Shown: positions 54,065 to 64,000 of the stretch, piece after piece
How positions within the stretch are numbered: the stretch's first letter is position 1
Layout: every line of letters begins with the position of its first letter
Program-made: the position numbers and the translations under genes
Notes under the pieces: model-generated
Told to the model about the DNA's origin: nothing
Database searches by the model: none
The model's input: only the letters and a program-made list of their open reading frames with translations
Origin: an uncultured Candidatus Saccharibacteria bacterium
Lineage (GTDB): Bacteria > Patescibacteriota > SOKK01
Reading direction: 5' to 3'
DNA length: 64,000 nucleotides
Assembly (NCBI GenBank): GCA_964518965.1
Contig: CAZFJP010000010.1
Coordinates: 30,787-94,786, forward strand

Positions 54065-57010
54065 TTATTCTTCTTTTCGGTCCGGACAAAACTTCTTGAA
54101 CGGGCAAAGCTTACAGGCGCCAAATTGTGGCTTTGCAGTGAAGTCCGCTTTTTTAATACCTTCGTGAGCTTGTTTAATAATCTCTTTTGCTTTCTCCAAA
54201 TCTTTTTCAGTAATCTTTTTAGTTCCTGTGAGATTAGAACCCAAGAAAATCAGATGAACTTGTTTTGGTAGCTCGCCGTAAATATTTTTGTAAGCCAGTG
54301 CATAAATTTTAAGCTGTAAATTACTACTCGCTTCACTCTTGGCGGTTTTTTCATCTTTGGCAGTGGATGTTTTATAATCAGCAATTTCAATCCCCTCTTT
54401 GGTTTTATCTACCCGATCCATTCTTCCTTTAACTAAAATGTCATCAATAGCGAATTTAAAAGGTTTTTCGATGTAGAGAGGATTATCTTTCTTATCTTTC
54501 TCTTGCTCATAGAACTGTTTTAATATCTTAACCCCCTCTTCTTTGCGCATTAATTCATGCTCTTTGGTCAGAAAACCTTCGTTCACCCAATGTTTTTCAT
54601 AAGCTTTTTTAACTTCATCAAAAGACATAATCGTGCCTTTTTGCTTGTCCTTGAGAAAATCCTGAATGGTATTGTGAATCGCGCTACCGAAAACAATCGC
54701 ATGGTTACGTAGTAGTGGAATTCTTAAAATATTGATGTAGAAATATTTCTTCGGGCAAGTAATATAATCATCAATTTGTTTATTTGATAAAACTAGTGGT
54801 TTTTTAATCTTCAATAAACATTTTTGCGTTTTGAGTTTTTTGTTTTGAGTTTTTTTGAAGTTTTTAATCCGTTTTAACTGCGGCAAGCTAATCTTTTTAA
54901 AATCAATTTTCTCTTCTCCACCGATTGCTTCGGTAATAAATTGGGATGGTTTTTTTGGTTTTTTGAGATTTTGAAAATTAGCAGCAGATGTTAGATAGAG
55001 TAGATTTCTTGCTCTCGTCATTCCGACATAAAAGAGTCGGCGTTCCTCCTCTAAATGAGCATCTTTTTGAGGAAGAATCTCTTTGATCAATTTATCCGGC
55101 AAACGAATACTTTCACTTCTTTTGCGTAATGGAAAACGATCTTGGACGAGATTTACTAAGAACACGGTCTTGAATTCCAGTCCTTTGGCACTATGAACAG
55201 TTAGAACATTCACTGCATCAACGTTTGGATCAGGTTCAAATTCTGCTTCACCCTCACCTACTTCAATTAATCCTTCCAAATATTTTACAAACTCTCCAAT
55301 GTTTTTGTCGTTGTTGGAAGTTAATTCAAAGGATTTGATTTTATCAAAGAAACGAGATAAATTCTTAGTGATTTGTGGTGTTTCTTCTGAATCCTCACGC
55401 GCAAGTTTTGCAAGATAACCCTTATCTTCAAGAAAAGAGTATAATACCTGACCAACAGTATTGGTTTTAGTTTCCTCTAAGTAGTATTCGATATCTTTTA
55501 CGATTGTTTCAATAATTTTCTTTGCTTTATCACAAATGTCAATTTTATTTTCTAAACTATTAATATCTCGAAAAACTTTAAAGAGATCCAGATTCTTACG
55601 CTGGGCATATTGGTTACACAAAACTAGATCTAGTTGGGGTAGATCATAAATCTCAGAAGTAGCTAAATGAAATAATGCTAAGCTATCGGTAGGATTAGTT
55701 AGTACTTTTAAGAATGAAGTGAGTAACAAAATTTCCGGTCTTTGATAGTAGCTTTTCTCTCCGGAAAAAACGTAAGGAATATTTAGGTGTTTGAGAGAAA
55801 GAATAAATTGATCTAGGTGATTATTGGCACGTGCTAGAATGGCAATATCTCGGTACTCTAGAGTTTTATCTCTTTTTCCTCTAAAGGTGGATCTGCCTCT
55901 GGTAGACATCAATTTCTTGATTTCTTCCGCAACAAAATCCGCTTCTTCATAATCTTTATCAAAATGAAGATATTTTACTTCGCCCTTATCCTTCACTTCC
56001 GCTTTTAATTTCTTATCAATATGATTTTTAATTTCTAGGCGATCAGGGTTATTAAACTGAATCAATTGATAAGCATGATCCAAGATATTTTGACCGGAGC
56101 GATAATTTTGTGTCAGGACAACTTTCTTAGTATTGGGAAAACTCTTTTCAAACTGGAGGATGTTACTGATCGCCGCTCCTCTAAATTTATAAATACTCTG
56201 ATCATCATCGCCGACAACGGTGATATTTTTATGACTGGAGGCTAACAGTTTTACTAGTTCATTTTGAGCATAATTAGTGTCTTGATATTCATCAACAAGG
56301 ATGTATTTAAATTGCTCTTGATATTGTTTTAAGATATCTTTGCGCTTGCGGAAAAGATTTAACAGTAAAATAATCTGGTCGCCAAAATCTAAATAATTAT
56401 TCTCTTGTAGTAGCTTCTGGTAAGTAGTGTAAAACTTAGCAATTTCTTTTTGCCGCACAAAGTCGATCTTCTCTGCTTCATCTTTTGGCTCTTTCAAGGA
56501 ATCGGCGTATTTTTGATAATCTTCAGCAGAAATCTCTTCATCTTTTGCTCTACTAATCACCTTTAAGAGATTATCGATGAATCTCTCGGGACTGCCTAAT
56601 GGTCGTAATTCTTTTAAATCAAATTCCATCAGATGTTCTTTAACGAAGAGAGTCTGCTCTACACCACTTAAAACACGGAAGTCCGCAGAGAATCCTAATT
56701 CCAAATGATTATCCCGGATCAATTGATCGCCAAAACTATGGAAAGTGCTGATTTGGGTATCTACAAAGCCATACGGAACAAGCTGGTCTACTCTTTCTTC
56801 CATTTCCTGCGCCGCTTTATCAGTGAAGGTCAACGCTAAAATCTCTTCTGGCTTGGCTAAACCTTCTTTAATTAACCAGGCGATTCGTCTGGTAATAACC
56901 ATCGTTTTCCCTGTTCCTGCTCCCGCAATAATCAAAAGCGGACCGCTTTTATGGGTAACGGCTTTGAGTTGAGCGGGATTGAGATCTTTTAGTAGATCAT
57001 TTCTTACCAT
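54065..57010 (-). CDS. UvrD/PcrA-family helicase fused to a C-terminal RecB-family (PD-(D/E)XK) nuclease with 4-Cys Fe-S cluster (AddA/Cas4-like nuclease module)
   Basis: LNPAQLKAVTHKSGPLLIIAGAGTGKT helicase motif I. C-terminal DRVDKTKEGIEIADYKTS plus C (YITCPKKY) ... CKLCPFKKFC (C-x2-C-x5-C). Confidence 0.8.
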   Translation of the reverse strand: MVRNDLLKDLNPAQLKAVTHKSGPLLIIAGAGTGKTMVITRRIAWLIKEGLAKPEEILALTFTDKAAQEMEERVDQLVPYGFVDTQISTFHSFGDQLIRDNHLELGFSADFRVLSGVEQTLFVKEHLMEFDLKELRPLGSPERFIDNLLKVISRAKDEEISAEDYQKYADSLKEPKDEAEKIDFVRQKEIAKFYTTYQKLLQENNYLDFGDQIILLLNLFRKRKDILKQYQEQFKYILVDEYQDTNYAQNELVKLLASSHKNITVVGDDDQSIYKFRGAAISNILQFEKSFPNTKKVVLTQNYRSGQNILDHAYQLIQFNNPDRLEIKNHIDKKLKAEVKDKGEVKYLHFDKDYEEADFVAEEIKKLMSTRGRSTFRGKRDKTLEYRDIAILARANNHLDQFILSLKHLNIPYVFSGEKSYYQRPEILLLTSFLKVLTNPTDSLALFHLATSEIYDLPQLDLVLCNQYAQRKNLDLFKVFRDINSLENKIDICDKAKKIIETIVKDIEYYLEETKTNTVGQVLYSFLEDKGYLAKLAREDSEETPQITKNLSRFFDKIKSFELTSNNDKNIGEFVKYLEGLIEVGEGEAEFEPDPNVDAVNVLTVHSAKGLEFKTVFLVNLVQDRFPLRKRSESIRLPDKLIKEILPQKDAHLEEERRLFYVGMTRARNLLYLTSAANFQNLKKPKKPSQFITEAIGGEEKIDFKKISLPQLKRIKNFKKTQNKKLKTQKCLLKIKKPLVLSNKQIDDYITCPKKYFYINILRIPLLRNHAIVFGSAIHNTIQDFLKDKQKGTIMSFDEVKKAYEKHWVNEGFLTKEHELMRKEEGVKILKQFYEQEKDKKDNPLYIEKPFKFAIDDILVKGRMDRVDKTKEGIEIADYKTSTAKDEKTAKSEASSNLQLKIYALAYKNIYGELPKQVHLIFLGSNLTGTKKITEKDLEKAKEIIKQAHEGIKKADFTAKPQFGACKLCPFKKFCPDRKEE

Positions 57011-57930
57011 TGATAATTCTTAAAAGCCCATTTAATTAACCTTGCTGTCTCGGTAAATCTGTCATTGCTATTGATAACGATAGCGATAACCTGGTTGGAG
57101 GTTCTCTCTCCGGAAGCAAGCGCAATTAAACACCCTCCTGCTTTTTTAGTATACCCTGTCTTAATTCCCAAGACATTTAAGTTACTGTTAAGCAATTGGT
57201 TAGTGTTTTCCAAAGGATGAACTAATTTACCATCTGTTGATTTAACAGTTGTGGATTTGGTTTTCACTACTTCCCGCAGAAAAGAATTTTGTAATACTAC
57301 CTTAGCTAATTCTCCTAACTCTCTGACTGTGGAATAGTTTTCAACATCATTCAGTCCAACCGGATCTCCAAAGTGAGTATTTTCTAGTCCTAGTTCTAGC
57401 GCTTTGGTATTCATTGCTTCCACAAAGAGCTTGAGGCTACCAGAGGTAGTTCTGGCTAGGGTTTGAGCAGCGTCTGCGGCTGAGCTAATCAATAAACCTT
57501 TTAGCAGGTTAGCAACTGTAATTTCTTCACCCGGATATAGCCACATTTTATTTCCTTCTGTGTGAGTATCAGATTTACTCACAATTACTTTTCCATTTAG
57601 CGATTTATGGTCTAATACTACCAAGGCAGTCATTAGCTTGGTTAAACTAGCAATTGGCCTTTTCTGATCGGCGTCTTTAGCAAAGATAACTTCAGAAGTA
57701 GAGTGGTCTAAAACAAGTACTGACTTGGCACTAGTTACCGGATTGCTAATTTTAACAGTTCGTTTGCAGGGAGTAGGAGCAATCGGTAGATTAAAATTAG
57801 CAATATCTCGATATTCTGTTACTTGCGGCTGATTTAATTGATGGTGTTTGGAAATATTCTCTTGAATCGTACCAAAGAGATTAAGATGCTGAAGAAGGAT
57901 TAGAATAGCAATACTGATTGTTTTAAACAT
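57004..57930 (-). CDS. D-alanyl-D-alanine carboxypeptidase (S11, PBP5/DacA-like)
   Basis: SxxK as IASLTKLMT, and KTG as GIKTGYT. Signal peptide. Confidence 0.8.
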   Translation of the reverse strand: MFKTISIAILILLQHLNLFGTIQENISKHHQLNQPQVTEYRDIANFNLPIAPTPCKRTVKISNPVTSAKSVLVLDHSTSEVIFAKDADQKRPIASLTKLMTALVVLDHKSLNGKVIVSKSDTHTEGNKMWLYPGEEITVANLLKGLLISSAADAAQTLARTTSGSLKLFVEAMNTKALELGLENTHFGDPVGLNDVENYSTVRELGELAKVVLQNSFLREVVKTKSTTVKSTDGKLVHPLENTNQLLNSNLNVLGIKTGYTKKAGGCLIALASGERTSNQVIAIVINSNDRFTETARLIKWAFKNYQW

Positions 57931-57936
57931 TTTGGA

Positions 57937-58644
57937 TTAGCTTCCTAATAATTTTGTGACTTCATTCGGACTCAATTTTCGATATTCCCCTTCTTTCAAA
58001 TTATCTAAAGTAAGATTTTTGATTCGCACACGCTTTAGTTTCAAAACATCATGGTGAAACTTATCAAACATTCTCCGGATTTGTCGTTTTTTACCTTCTT
58101 TGAGAATTACTCGGTATAAAGTAGTATTGGAAAATGATTTGATTAACTTAATTGTCGCAGGTTTGGTTTGATATTCACCTAACTTTGTTCCCTTTTGAAG
58201 GTACCTAATAGTTAATTCGCTTGGTTTGCCTGAAACTAAAACTTCGTATTCTTTTTCACATTCAAATGAAGGGTGAGCAATTTTTTGTGTCAGTGTGCCA
58301 TCATTTGTCAGTAATAAAAGCCCCTCGGAATTTTTATCGAGTCTCCCGACTGGATAAACTTTGGGGTCTTTTGGAACAAGTTCGGTTACTAATTTATCAG
58401 CATGAATGTCAGAAACAGTACAAGTATAACCTTTTGGTTTGTAGACGACGTAGTAGACTAATCTTCTTGGACTAATCGAGCTATCATTGACAATCACTCT
58501 ATCTTTATCTGGATCGATCTTTGTACCAAGCTTTTTAACTATTTTACCGTTTACTTTCACCAAACCAGCCAGAATTAATTTCTCGGATTGGCGACGAGAA
58601 GCAACACCGCAACGGGAGAGATATTTTTGTAATCTTTCTAACAT
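57937..58644 (-). CDS. rluB: rRNA pseudouridine synthase, RsuA/RluB family
   Basis: S4 domain (MLERLQKYLSRCGVASRRQSEKLILAGLVKVNGK) and catalytic VGRLDKNSEGLLLLTNDG. Confidence 0.85.
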   Translation of the reverse strand: MLERLQKYLSRCGVASRRQSEKLILAGLVKVNGKIVKKLGTKIDPDKDRVIVNDSSISPRRLVYYVVYKPKGYTCTVSDIHADKLVTELVPKDPKVYPVGRLDKNSEGLLLLTNDGTLTQKIAHPSFECEKEYEVLVSGKPSELTIRYLQKGTKLGEYQTKPATIKLIKSFSNTTLYRVILKEGKKRQIRRMFDKFHHDVLKLKRVRIKNLTLDNLKEGEYRKLSPNEVTKLLGS

Positions 58645-58764
58645 AAAAACTATGTTCTAATCTCCCCCTCTATTCTATTAAGACAGAAGATTGAAAGTGG
58701 AAAGTAGAAGGATGAAGAAAGTCGCTCTTCAATCTTCAAATTTTCAATCGTCGGATTTCAGATT

Positions 58765-59295
58765 TCATTCTTCAATTCCCTCACTGTTTTCTAATTCCTC
58801 AACCTTCGGCAACTCTTCAACACTACTTAATCCCAAATGCTTTAAAAAATTAATTGATGTTCCGTAAAGAATTGGTCTTCCCGGAGAATCTTTACGGCCT
58901 TTTTCTTCAATTAATCCTCTAATCATTAAATTGCGGATACTTTCGCCGGAGTGTACTCCTCTGATCTTATCAATTTCTACGCGGGTAATTGGTTGTTTAT
59001 AGGAAATAATTGCTAAAATCTCTAGTGCCGCTTGGCTTAAATCTCTTCTTAATTCCTCGTTGAAGAACTTAGCAATAATATCAGCGTTTTGGGGATTGGA
59101 AACTAATTGGTAATAATTATCTTTCGTTACGATATTAAAGCCATGTCCTTGAAATTCATTTTGAATCTCGCCCAATACTGTTTTTAGATCAGCTGTCGAT
59201 TCTTTGGTAATACTTTTGAGCTCGTTTAAACTAATTGGCTTTTCAGCAACAAATAAAATACTTTCAATGATTGATTTCAGGTTAGAATTACTCAT
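58765..59295 (-). CDS. scpB: Segregation and condensation protein B
   Basis: IIESILFVAEKPISLNELKSIT and tandem winged helices. Confidence 0.85.
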   Translation of the reverse strand: MSNSNLKSIIESILFVAEKPISLNELKSITKESTADLKTVLGEIQNEFQGHGFNIVTKDNYYQLVSNPQNADIIAKFFNEELRRDLSQAALEILAIISYKQPITRVEIDKIRGVHSGESIRNLMIRGLIEEKGRKDSPGRPILYGTSINFLKHLGLSSVEELPKVEELENSEGIEE

Positions 59296-59317
59296 TGATT
59301 TTAGTAGCTAATTTCTC

Positions 59318-60037
59318 TTATATTGAAGCTTCGGCGGGTAGAATTTTAATAGGTTCAAATAATTGATTCTGGACTACGTGAATAATCTTTTGTTTAATCA
59401 TTTCTAGAATTGCTAGGAAGGTTACTACTAATTCTAATCGAGAATGACTATCTTCTAAAACCTCATGAAGATAGATTTCTCTTCGCGATTTTATACTGCG
59501 ACTAATTTGTTCCATTTTCTCTTCTAAAGTAATAGTTTTTTCTAGTAATTCTTCACCAATCTGTTCTTCTTTTGGCATTCGTCTTAGTACTTCTTCAAAA
59601 ACTAACTTCAATTGATCAACGGAGACTTTCTGGGGTGGATAGAAAGAAGTAAATTGCTGAATTGTTTTTTCGGTCTGGCGTTCAAAAGAACGCTCGCGAC
59701 GTGAAGCAATCTCTTTTAGTTTGAGAGCAATGTCTTTGAAATGTTTATATTCTTGTAATCTCGCTTCCAGATCAATTACTTCTTCCTCTTCTTTCTCCGA
59801 CAATTGCATTTCCGGTAGTAGAACTTTTGATTTAATTAAAAGTAATTGAGTAGCGATGATTAAAAATTCTGCTGCTCTTTCGGTATCCTGTTTTGCTATC
59901 TCTTCAACATGTTTCAAATACTGGTCCGCAACATTTGCCAGACTTACTTGGGTAATATCAAGCTTCTCATTTTCGATTAGTTGCAGCAGAAGATCCAGCG
60001 GCCCAGTGAAGTTTTCAGTTTTAATTTGGAAGGACAT
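59318..60037 (-). CDS. scpA: Segregation and condensation protein A
   Basis: MSFQIKTENFTGPLDLLLQLIENEKLDITQVSLANVADQYL. Confidence 0.85.
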   Translation of the reverse strand: MSFQIKTENFTGPLDLLLQLIENEKLDITQVSLANVADQYLKHVEEIAKQDTERAAEFLIIATQLLLIKSKVLLPEMQLSEKEEEEVIDLEARLQEYKHFKDIALKLKEIASRRERSFERQTEKTIQQFTSFYPPQKVSVDQLKLVFEEVLRRMPKEEQIGEELLEKTITLEEKMEQISRSIKSRREIYLHEVLEDSHSRLELVVTFLAILEMIKQKIIHVVQNQLFEPIKILPAEASI

Positions 60038-60129
60038 ATGACTAAATGTAAAAAGTAAAAATCTTTCACAAACGGGATTCCGCTATGCGGGAAAATGAAA
60101 AGTGAAATCAAAATGCATTGGTTTTAAAC

Positions 60130-61887
60130 TCATTCCTTTTTAATCTCTATTCCTAATTCTCTCAACTGTTTCTCGTCTACAACGCTGGGTGCTCCCATCA
60201 TTGGGCACTCTGCTTTTTGATTTTTGGGAAACGCAATTACTTCACGGATACTTGGCTCTCCCGCCAAAATCATTACTAATCTGTCAATACCAGGTGCAAT
60301 TCCTCCGTGAGGAGGGGCACCGTACTCAAATGCTTTTAACATGTGGCCGAATTTACGTTGTGCTTCTTCTTTGCTTATTCCCAAAATCTCAAAAATTTTC
60401 ATTTGAATTTCCGGTTTATGGCAACGAATGCTACCAGATGCTAATTCAAAACCATTGCAGACAATATCATATAATCGTCCTTTGACTTTTAATGGTTCTT
60501 TGTCTAATAATGGCAAGTCCTTTTCCTGTGGCATTGTAAACATATGATGGGAAGGTTCAATTTTATTCTCTTTTTCGTTCCATTGAAACAAGGGGAAATC
60601 TGTAATCCAAGCAAACGCGATCGCATTGGGATCAGCTAATTTAAGTAGCCTACCGAAATAGTTACGCAATTCTCCCAGCACACTTGCAACAACTTTAGGT
60701 TTATCAGCAACAAAAATCATTAAGTCACCGTCTTTAGCTTCTAAAATCTTTGCGATTGCTTTCAGCTCATCTTCTTTGAAGAATTTTGCAATTGGTGAAT
60801 CAAATTTGTTCTTGTTAAACTTAATCCAAGCCAAACCTTGCGCTCCTAACTCTTTTGCCATTTCTGTTAACTTATCTAGTTCGGCTCGGCCGTACTTAGC
60901 TAATCCCGGAATAGCAATCCCCTTTACTTGAGAAGCGCCACTAAAAACTTTAAACTGACATTTTTGGGCAATATCAGAAATATCTTTTAGTTCCAGCCCG
61001 AAACGTAGGTCAGGTTTATCATTGCCAAAACGCTCCATTGCTTCAGTATAAGTTAATCTCGGCCAGGGATCTTTGAGTAGTTTTTTGCCCGGCACTAGTT
61101 TTACAATCTCTCTAAATAATTTTTCGATTACCTTTTGGACATCTTCCTCGTTCACGAAAGACATCTCTAAATCTAGTTGGGTGTGCTCTGGTTGCCTATC
61201 CTTACGACTATCTTCATCCCGCAAACAATGTGCAATCTGGAAATATTTGTCAAACCCGGCGATCATTAATAATTGCTTATACTGTTGCGGTGATTGAGGC
61301 AAGGCGTAAAACTTTCCGTGATGTAGCCGTGACGGCACAAGATAATCACGAGCACCTTCAGGAGAACTGACTGTTAGAATGGGAGTCTCAATTTCTAAGA
61401 ATCCTTCTTTGTTTAAAAAATCACGAATTGTCTTAACAACGTTATGACGGAGAATAAGATTTTTTTGTAATCTCTCATGACGAAGATCAAGATAACGATA
61501 TTCCAAACGCAGTTCCTCATCAACATCTTTCTTTTCTTGAGCAATCTCAAATGGAGGAGTTTTTGCTTCATTCAGAATATTAATCTTATCTGCCAAAACT
61601 TCAATTTCTCCTGTTTTAAGTTTAGGATTAATCATTGAGACAGGTCTCTTGCGCACTGTTCCCTCAATACGTACTACCCACTCCGGACGCAGTTTATCTG
61701 TCTCCTTATGAGTTTCTTCGTCATGTTTGGGATCAGAAACTACTTGGGTCAAGCCGTAACGATCGCGTAAGTCAATAAAAATCAAACTACCATGATCGCG
61801 ACGGCTCTGTACCCATCCGCTTAAAACCACTTTTTTCCCCGCTTCTTTAATACCCAAAATACCGCAGTTATGAGTACGATACTGCAT
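60130..61887 (-). CDS. aspS: Aspartyl-tRNA synthetase
   Basis: N-terminal OB fold, class II motifs ([35 protein letters not shown]), and GAD insertion domain. Confidence 0.95.
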   Translation of the reverse strand: MQYRTHNCGILGIKEAGKKVVLSGWVQSRRDHGSLIFIDLRDRYGLTQVVSDPKHDEETHKETDKLRPEWVVRIEGTVRKRPVSMINPKLKTGEIEVLADKINILNEAKTPPFEIAQEKKDVDEELRLEYRYLDLRHERLQKNLILRHNVVKTIRDFLNKEGFLEIETPILTVSSPEGARDYLVPSRLHHGKFYALPQSPQQYKQLLMIAGFDKYFQIAHCLRDEDSRKDRQPEHTQLDLEMSFVNEEDVQKVIEKLFREIVKLVPGKKLLKDPWPRLTYTEAMERFGNDKPDLRFGLELKDISDIAQKCQFKVFSGASQVKGIAIPGLAKYGRAELDKLTEMAKELGAQGLAWIKFNKNKFDSPIAKFFKEDELKAIAKILEAKDGDLMIFVADKPKVVASVLGELRNYFGRLLKLADPNAIAFAWITDFPLFQWNEKENKIEPSHHMFTMPQEKDLPLLDKEPLKVKGRLYDIVCNGFELASGSIRCHKPEIQMKIFEILGISKEEAQRKFGHMLKAFEYGAPPHGGIAPGIDRLVMILAGEPSIREVIAFPKNQKAECPMMGAPSVVDEKQLRELGIEIKKE

Positions 61888-61943
61888 ATGTTCACAATTA
61901 AAAATTGCTTTTTCTGGGCTAATTATACTATATTTCGCTTATT

Positions 61944-61976
61944 AAAAACAGGGTTTTTGGTTAAAAACCCTGTTTA
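61944..61976. terminator. Bidirectional terminator (13-bp perfect inverted repeat aaacagggttttt/aaaaaccctgttt)
   Basis: aaaaacagggtttttggttaaaaaccctgtttatc. Confidence 0.6.
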
Positions 61977-61989
61977 TCCTATTTGATCG

Positions 61990-64000
61990 TTAAAAAACAT
62001 TCACTGTGGCAGTACTAGAGTTTTTAGCGTTTCCTGCCCGATCGTAAGCGCGGGCATGTACCGTATAAACTCCTATTCCGGGATAGGGCCAGAAAACCGA
62101 GTAAGTACCTCCCGAACCAGAATAATCCTTGCCAATGGAAGCACCGTCCACAAAGAACTCCACATAACTAACTCCGCTTTCACCATCCGAAGCCGAGGCA
62201 GTAACTGCATAAGGAAATACTCCGGGAAGCAGATTAGCGCCGTTAGGTGGAGCCGTTAAGGTACAAGTGGGATCAGTAGAATCAACATTAACAGTAATAC
62301 TGACCGAGGCAGTATCCTCGTTATAGTAAATATCATAGGCCTTTGCCTTGATGGAGTGTCCCCCGGCGCTGGCATAGGAAGGGATAGCGATGCTGTACGA
62401 ATAAGGCGCGGATGAGTCGGAACCTATTAAAGTTTGGTCAAAGTAGAAATCCACTTTTTTTACTCCTTTTGGCGCTGATGCTGTTGCTGTTACTCCTACT
62501 ATTTCACCGTTATAGAAACTTTGCCCGGGTAGGGGGCTAGAAATTGAGACAGAAGGTTGGTTAGCTGGTAGATGAATGTCGCATTTTTCTGTTGGAGCAG
62601 TACCACCGAGATTCTTTCCTTTTGCCCAGCTACTCACTGCTGCCTCCCAGTTTTTAAACTGTGGGTCTGAAGCAGGATTAGTTGGTTTGGGGCCGAGAGG
62701 ATTGTCTTTATCGACATAATAAAGAATGCAATGATTTAAGCCAAAACTTTTTTCTTGTACGTATTGGTGAGGACAATACTCGGTCGCTAATTTTCCTGAA
62801 ATCTTGCAGACTTTGACTTTTTCAACTCCCTTATTAATTTGACCGTTAAGAATAGGTTTATTTCCTTTGATTGGCTTGGGCGCATCAAATTTTTCCCAGG
62901 GTTTTCCTTTTAAGGCATTTTCCATATATTCATGCCAGATTGGCGCAGCAACAAAAATACCATCCGCACCGGTATTCATCTTAGTGTTATTATTATTTCC
63001 GGTCCATACTCCTGTCACTAAACTGGGAGTGTATCCTACTGTCCACGCGTCACGAAACTCGTTGGTTGTTCCTGTTTTCGCTGCTACTGGTCTTCCGCCC
63101 AAAGTTAGAGCACTGTTACTACCAAAAACTGGTGCGCGTAAACTATCGGTGGAAAGAATTTTGTTCATTGTTTTAGCAATGTTCTGATCAAGAACTTGCG
63201 TTCCTCCTTCGTTTTTATATTCCTCCAAAGTCTTTCCTTGATTGTCTTCAATTTTTAAGAAAGGGGTTTTCTCATGGCGAATACCATTGGTAGCAAAAAC
63301 ACCAAATGCTGCTGTATGCTCTAAAAGTTTTACTTCTCCTCCTCCAAGAACGAGTGCTAAACCATAGCGGTCAGGATCATTTAAAGTATTAATCCCCATC
63401 GCATGGGCGGTATCAATGGTCTTATCAACACCAGCGAGGTAAAGAGTTTTTACTGCGGGAATATTCAAAGACATTGCCAAAGCATTTTGCATTTGGACGG
63501 GGCCTCGGGTACGATTGTCGTAATTATGAGGAATATACCCGCCACCAAAGTTAGTAGTTAAATCAAAAAGAACTGTAGTGGGAGGAAACCCTTTTTTAAA
63601 TGCAGTAGCATAAGCATAGGGTTTGAACGATGATCCGGGCTGGCGATTGCGCAGAGCAACGTTGACATTGCCGTCGTGTTCAACGTCAAAGTAGTCGTAT
63701 GATCCTACCATTGCAAGGATCTGACCAGTTCGAGGATCAATGGAAACCAGTGCAGCATTACTGGCGTTATATCGGCGATTACGCATAACACCGTGATTAA
63801 TTGCCTCTTCGGCAATTTTTTGCTTTTTGGGATCGAGGGTAGTTGTTACTTTCAGTCCTCCCTCCTCAACCATTTTTTCGCCATACTTTTCTACTAATAA
63901 CTCTCTCACATACATAACAAAGTGGGGTGCTTTAATTTGTTCATGGTATTTAGCAAACTTGATTTTTTGTTTTTTAGCTTTATTTGCTTGTTTTTGGGTG
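61990..64000 (-). CDS. Class A penicillin-binding protein (PBP1A-like) with two C-terminal Ig-like repeats; N-terminal glycosyltransferase part lies beyond the right edge
   Basis: The frame stays open upstream of the track's ATG (…KYHEQIKAPHFVMYVRELL, the GT-to-TP linker). Transpeptidase motifs RQPGSSFKP (SxxK) and KTGTT. C-terminal tandem repeats of about 90 aa. Confidence 0.8.
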   Translation of the reverse strand, partial: TQKQANKAKKQKIKFAKYHEQIKAPHFVMYVRELLVEKYGEKMVEEGGLKVTTTLDPKKQKIAEEAINHGVMRNRRYNASNAALVSIDPRTGQILAMVGSYDYFDVEHDGNVNVALRNRQPGSSFKPYAYATAFKKGFPPTTVLFDLTTNFGGGYIPHNYDNRTRGPVQMQNALAMSLNIPAVKTLYLAGVDKTIDTAHAMGINTLNDPDRYGLALVLGGGEVKLLEHTAAFGVFATNGIRHEKTPFLKIEDNQGKTLEEYKNEGGTQVLDQNIAKTMNKILSTDSLRAPVFGSNSALTLGGRPVAAKTGTTNEFRDAWTVGYTPSLVTGVWTGNNNNTKMNTGADGIFVAAPIWHEYMENALKGKPWEKFDAPKPIKGNKPILNGQINKGVEKVKVCKISGKLATEYCPHQYVQEKSFGLNHCILYYVDKDNPLGPKPTNPASDPQFKNWEAAVSSWAKGKNLGGTAPTEKCDIHLPANQPSVSISSPLPGQSFYNGEIVGVTATASAPKGVKKVDFYFDQTLIGSDSSAPYSYSIAIPSYASAGGHSIKAKAYDIYYNEDTASVSITVNVDSTDPTCTLTAPPNGANLLPGVFPYAVTASASDGESGVSYVEFFVDGASIGKDYSGSGGTYSVFWPYPGIGVYTVHARAYDRAGNAKNSSTATVNVF

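Overview
This is a 64 kb, gene-dense, low-GC (about 35-38%) bacterial chromosomal segment with coding on both strands. Five tRNAs, many small membrane or secreted proteins, a sortase, GT-C/GT2 glycosylation genes and FtsK/VirD4-like machinery make it look like a Candidate Phyla Radiation (Patescibacteria)-type genome; that assignment is inference.

Conserved core, in order:
- mreC-mreD-mrdA (PBP2, runs off the left edge), SCP/CAP protein, tRNA-Met, lepB, tRNA-Val, LCP ligase, hup, tRNA-Pro
- secE-nusG-rplK-rplA-rplJ-rplL with an L10 leader, then tgt, a GtrA-like protein, sortase, a PEGA/beta-propeller protein, greA
- lysS (fused to a C-terminal YqeK-like HD domain), serS, ftsQ-like, M23 peptidase, TM2 protein, tRNA-Gln, cysS, recR, ybaB
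- two ArnT-like GT39 genes, one GT2 gene and another polytopic membrane protein
- sbcC/sbcD, a UvrD helicase fused to an Fe-S RecB-type nuclease, a DacA-like carboxypeptidase, rluB, scpB, scpA, aspS, and a class A PBP that runs off the right edge

Accessory or unusual content:
- Two short GC-rich islands with foreign codon usage (about 4130-5360 next to tRNA-Met, and about 48700-49560).
- A dispersed family of A-tract/T-tract palindromic repeats at five loci, bracketing tRNA-Met and flanking tRNA-Gln, and lying upstream of secE and between ybaB and recR.
- A GIY-YIG nuclease pseudogene beside tRNA-Gly.
- A block of paralogous membrane-anchored surface proteins with two glycoside-hydrolase-like genes.
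- An operon pairing a sigma-70 region-4 / tandem HARE-HTH DNA-binding protein with a membrane-anchored FtsK/HerA-superfamily (VirD4/TraG-like) ATPase, preceded by a 437-nt inverted-repeat-rich intergenic region.

No rRNA, CRISPR array, integrase or transposase was seen. Every family assignment comes from motif recognition by eye and needs a profile search to confirm.
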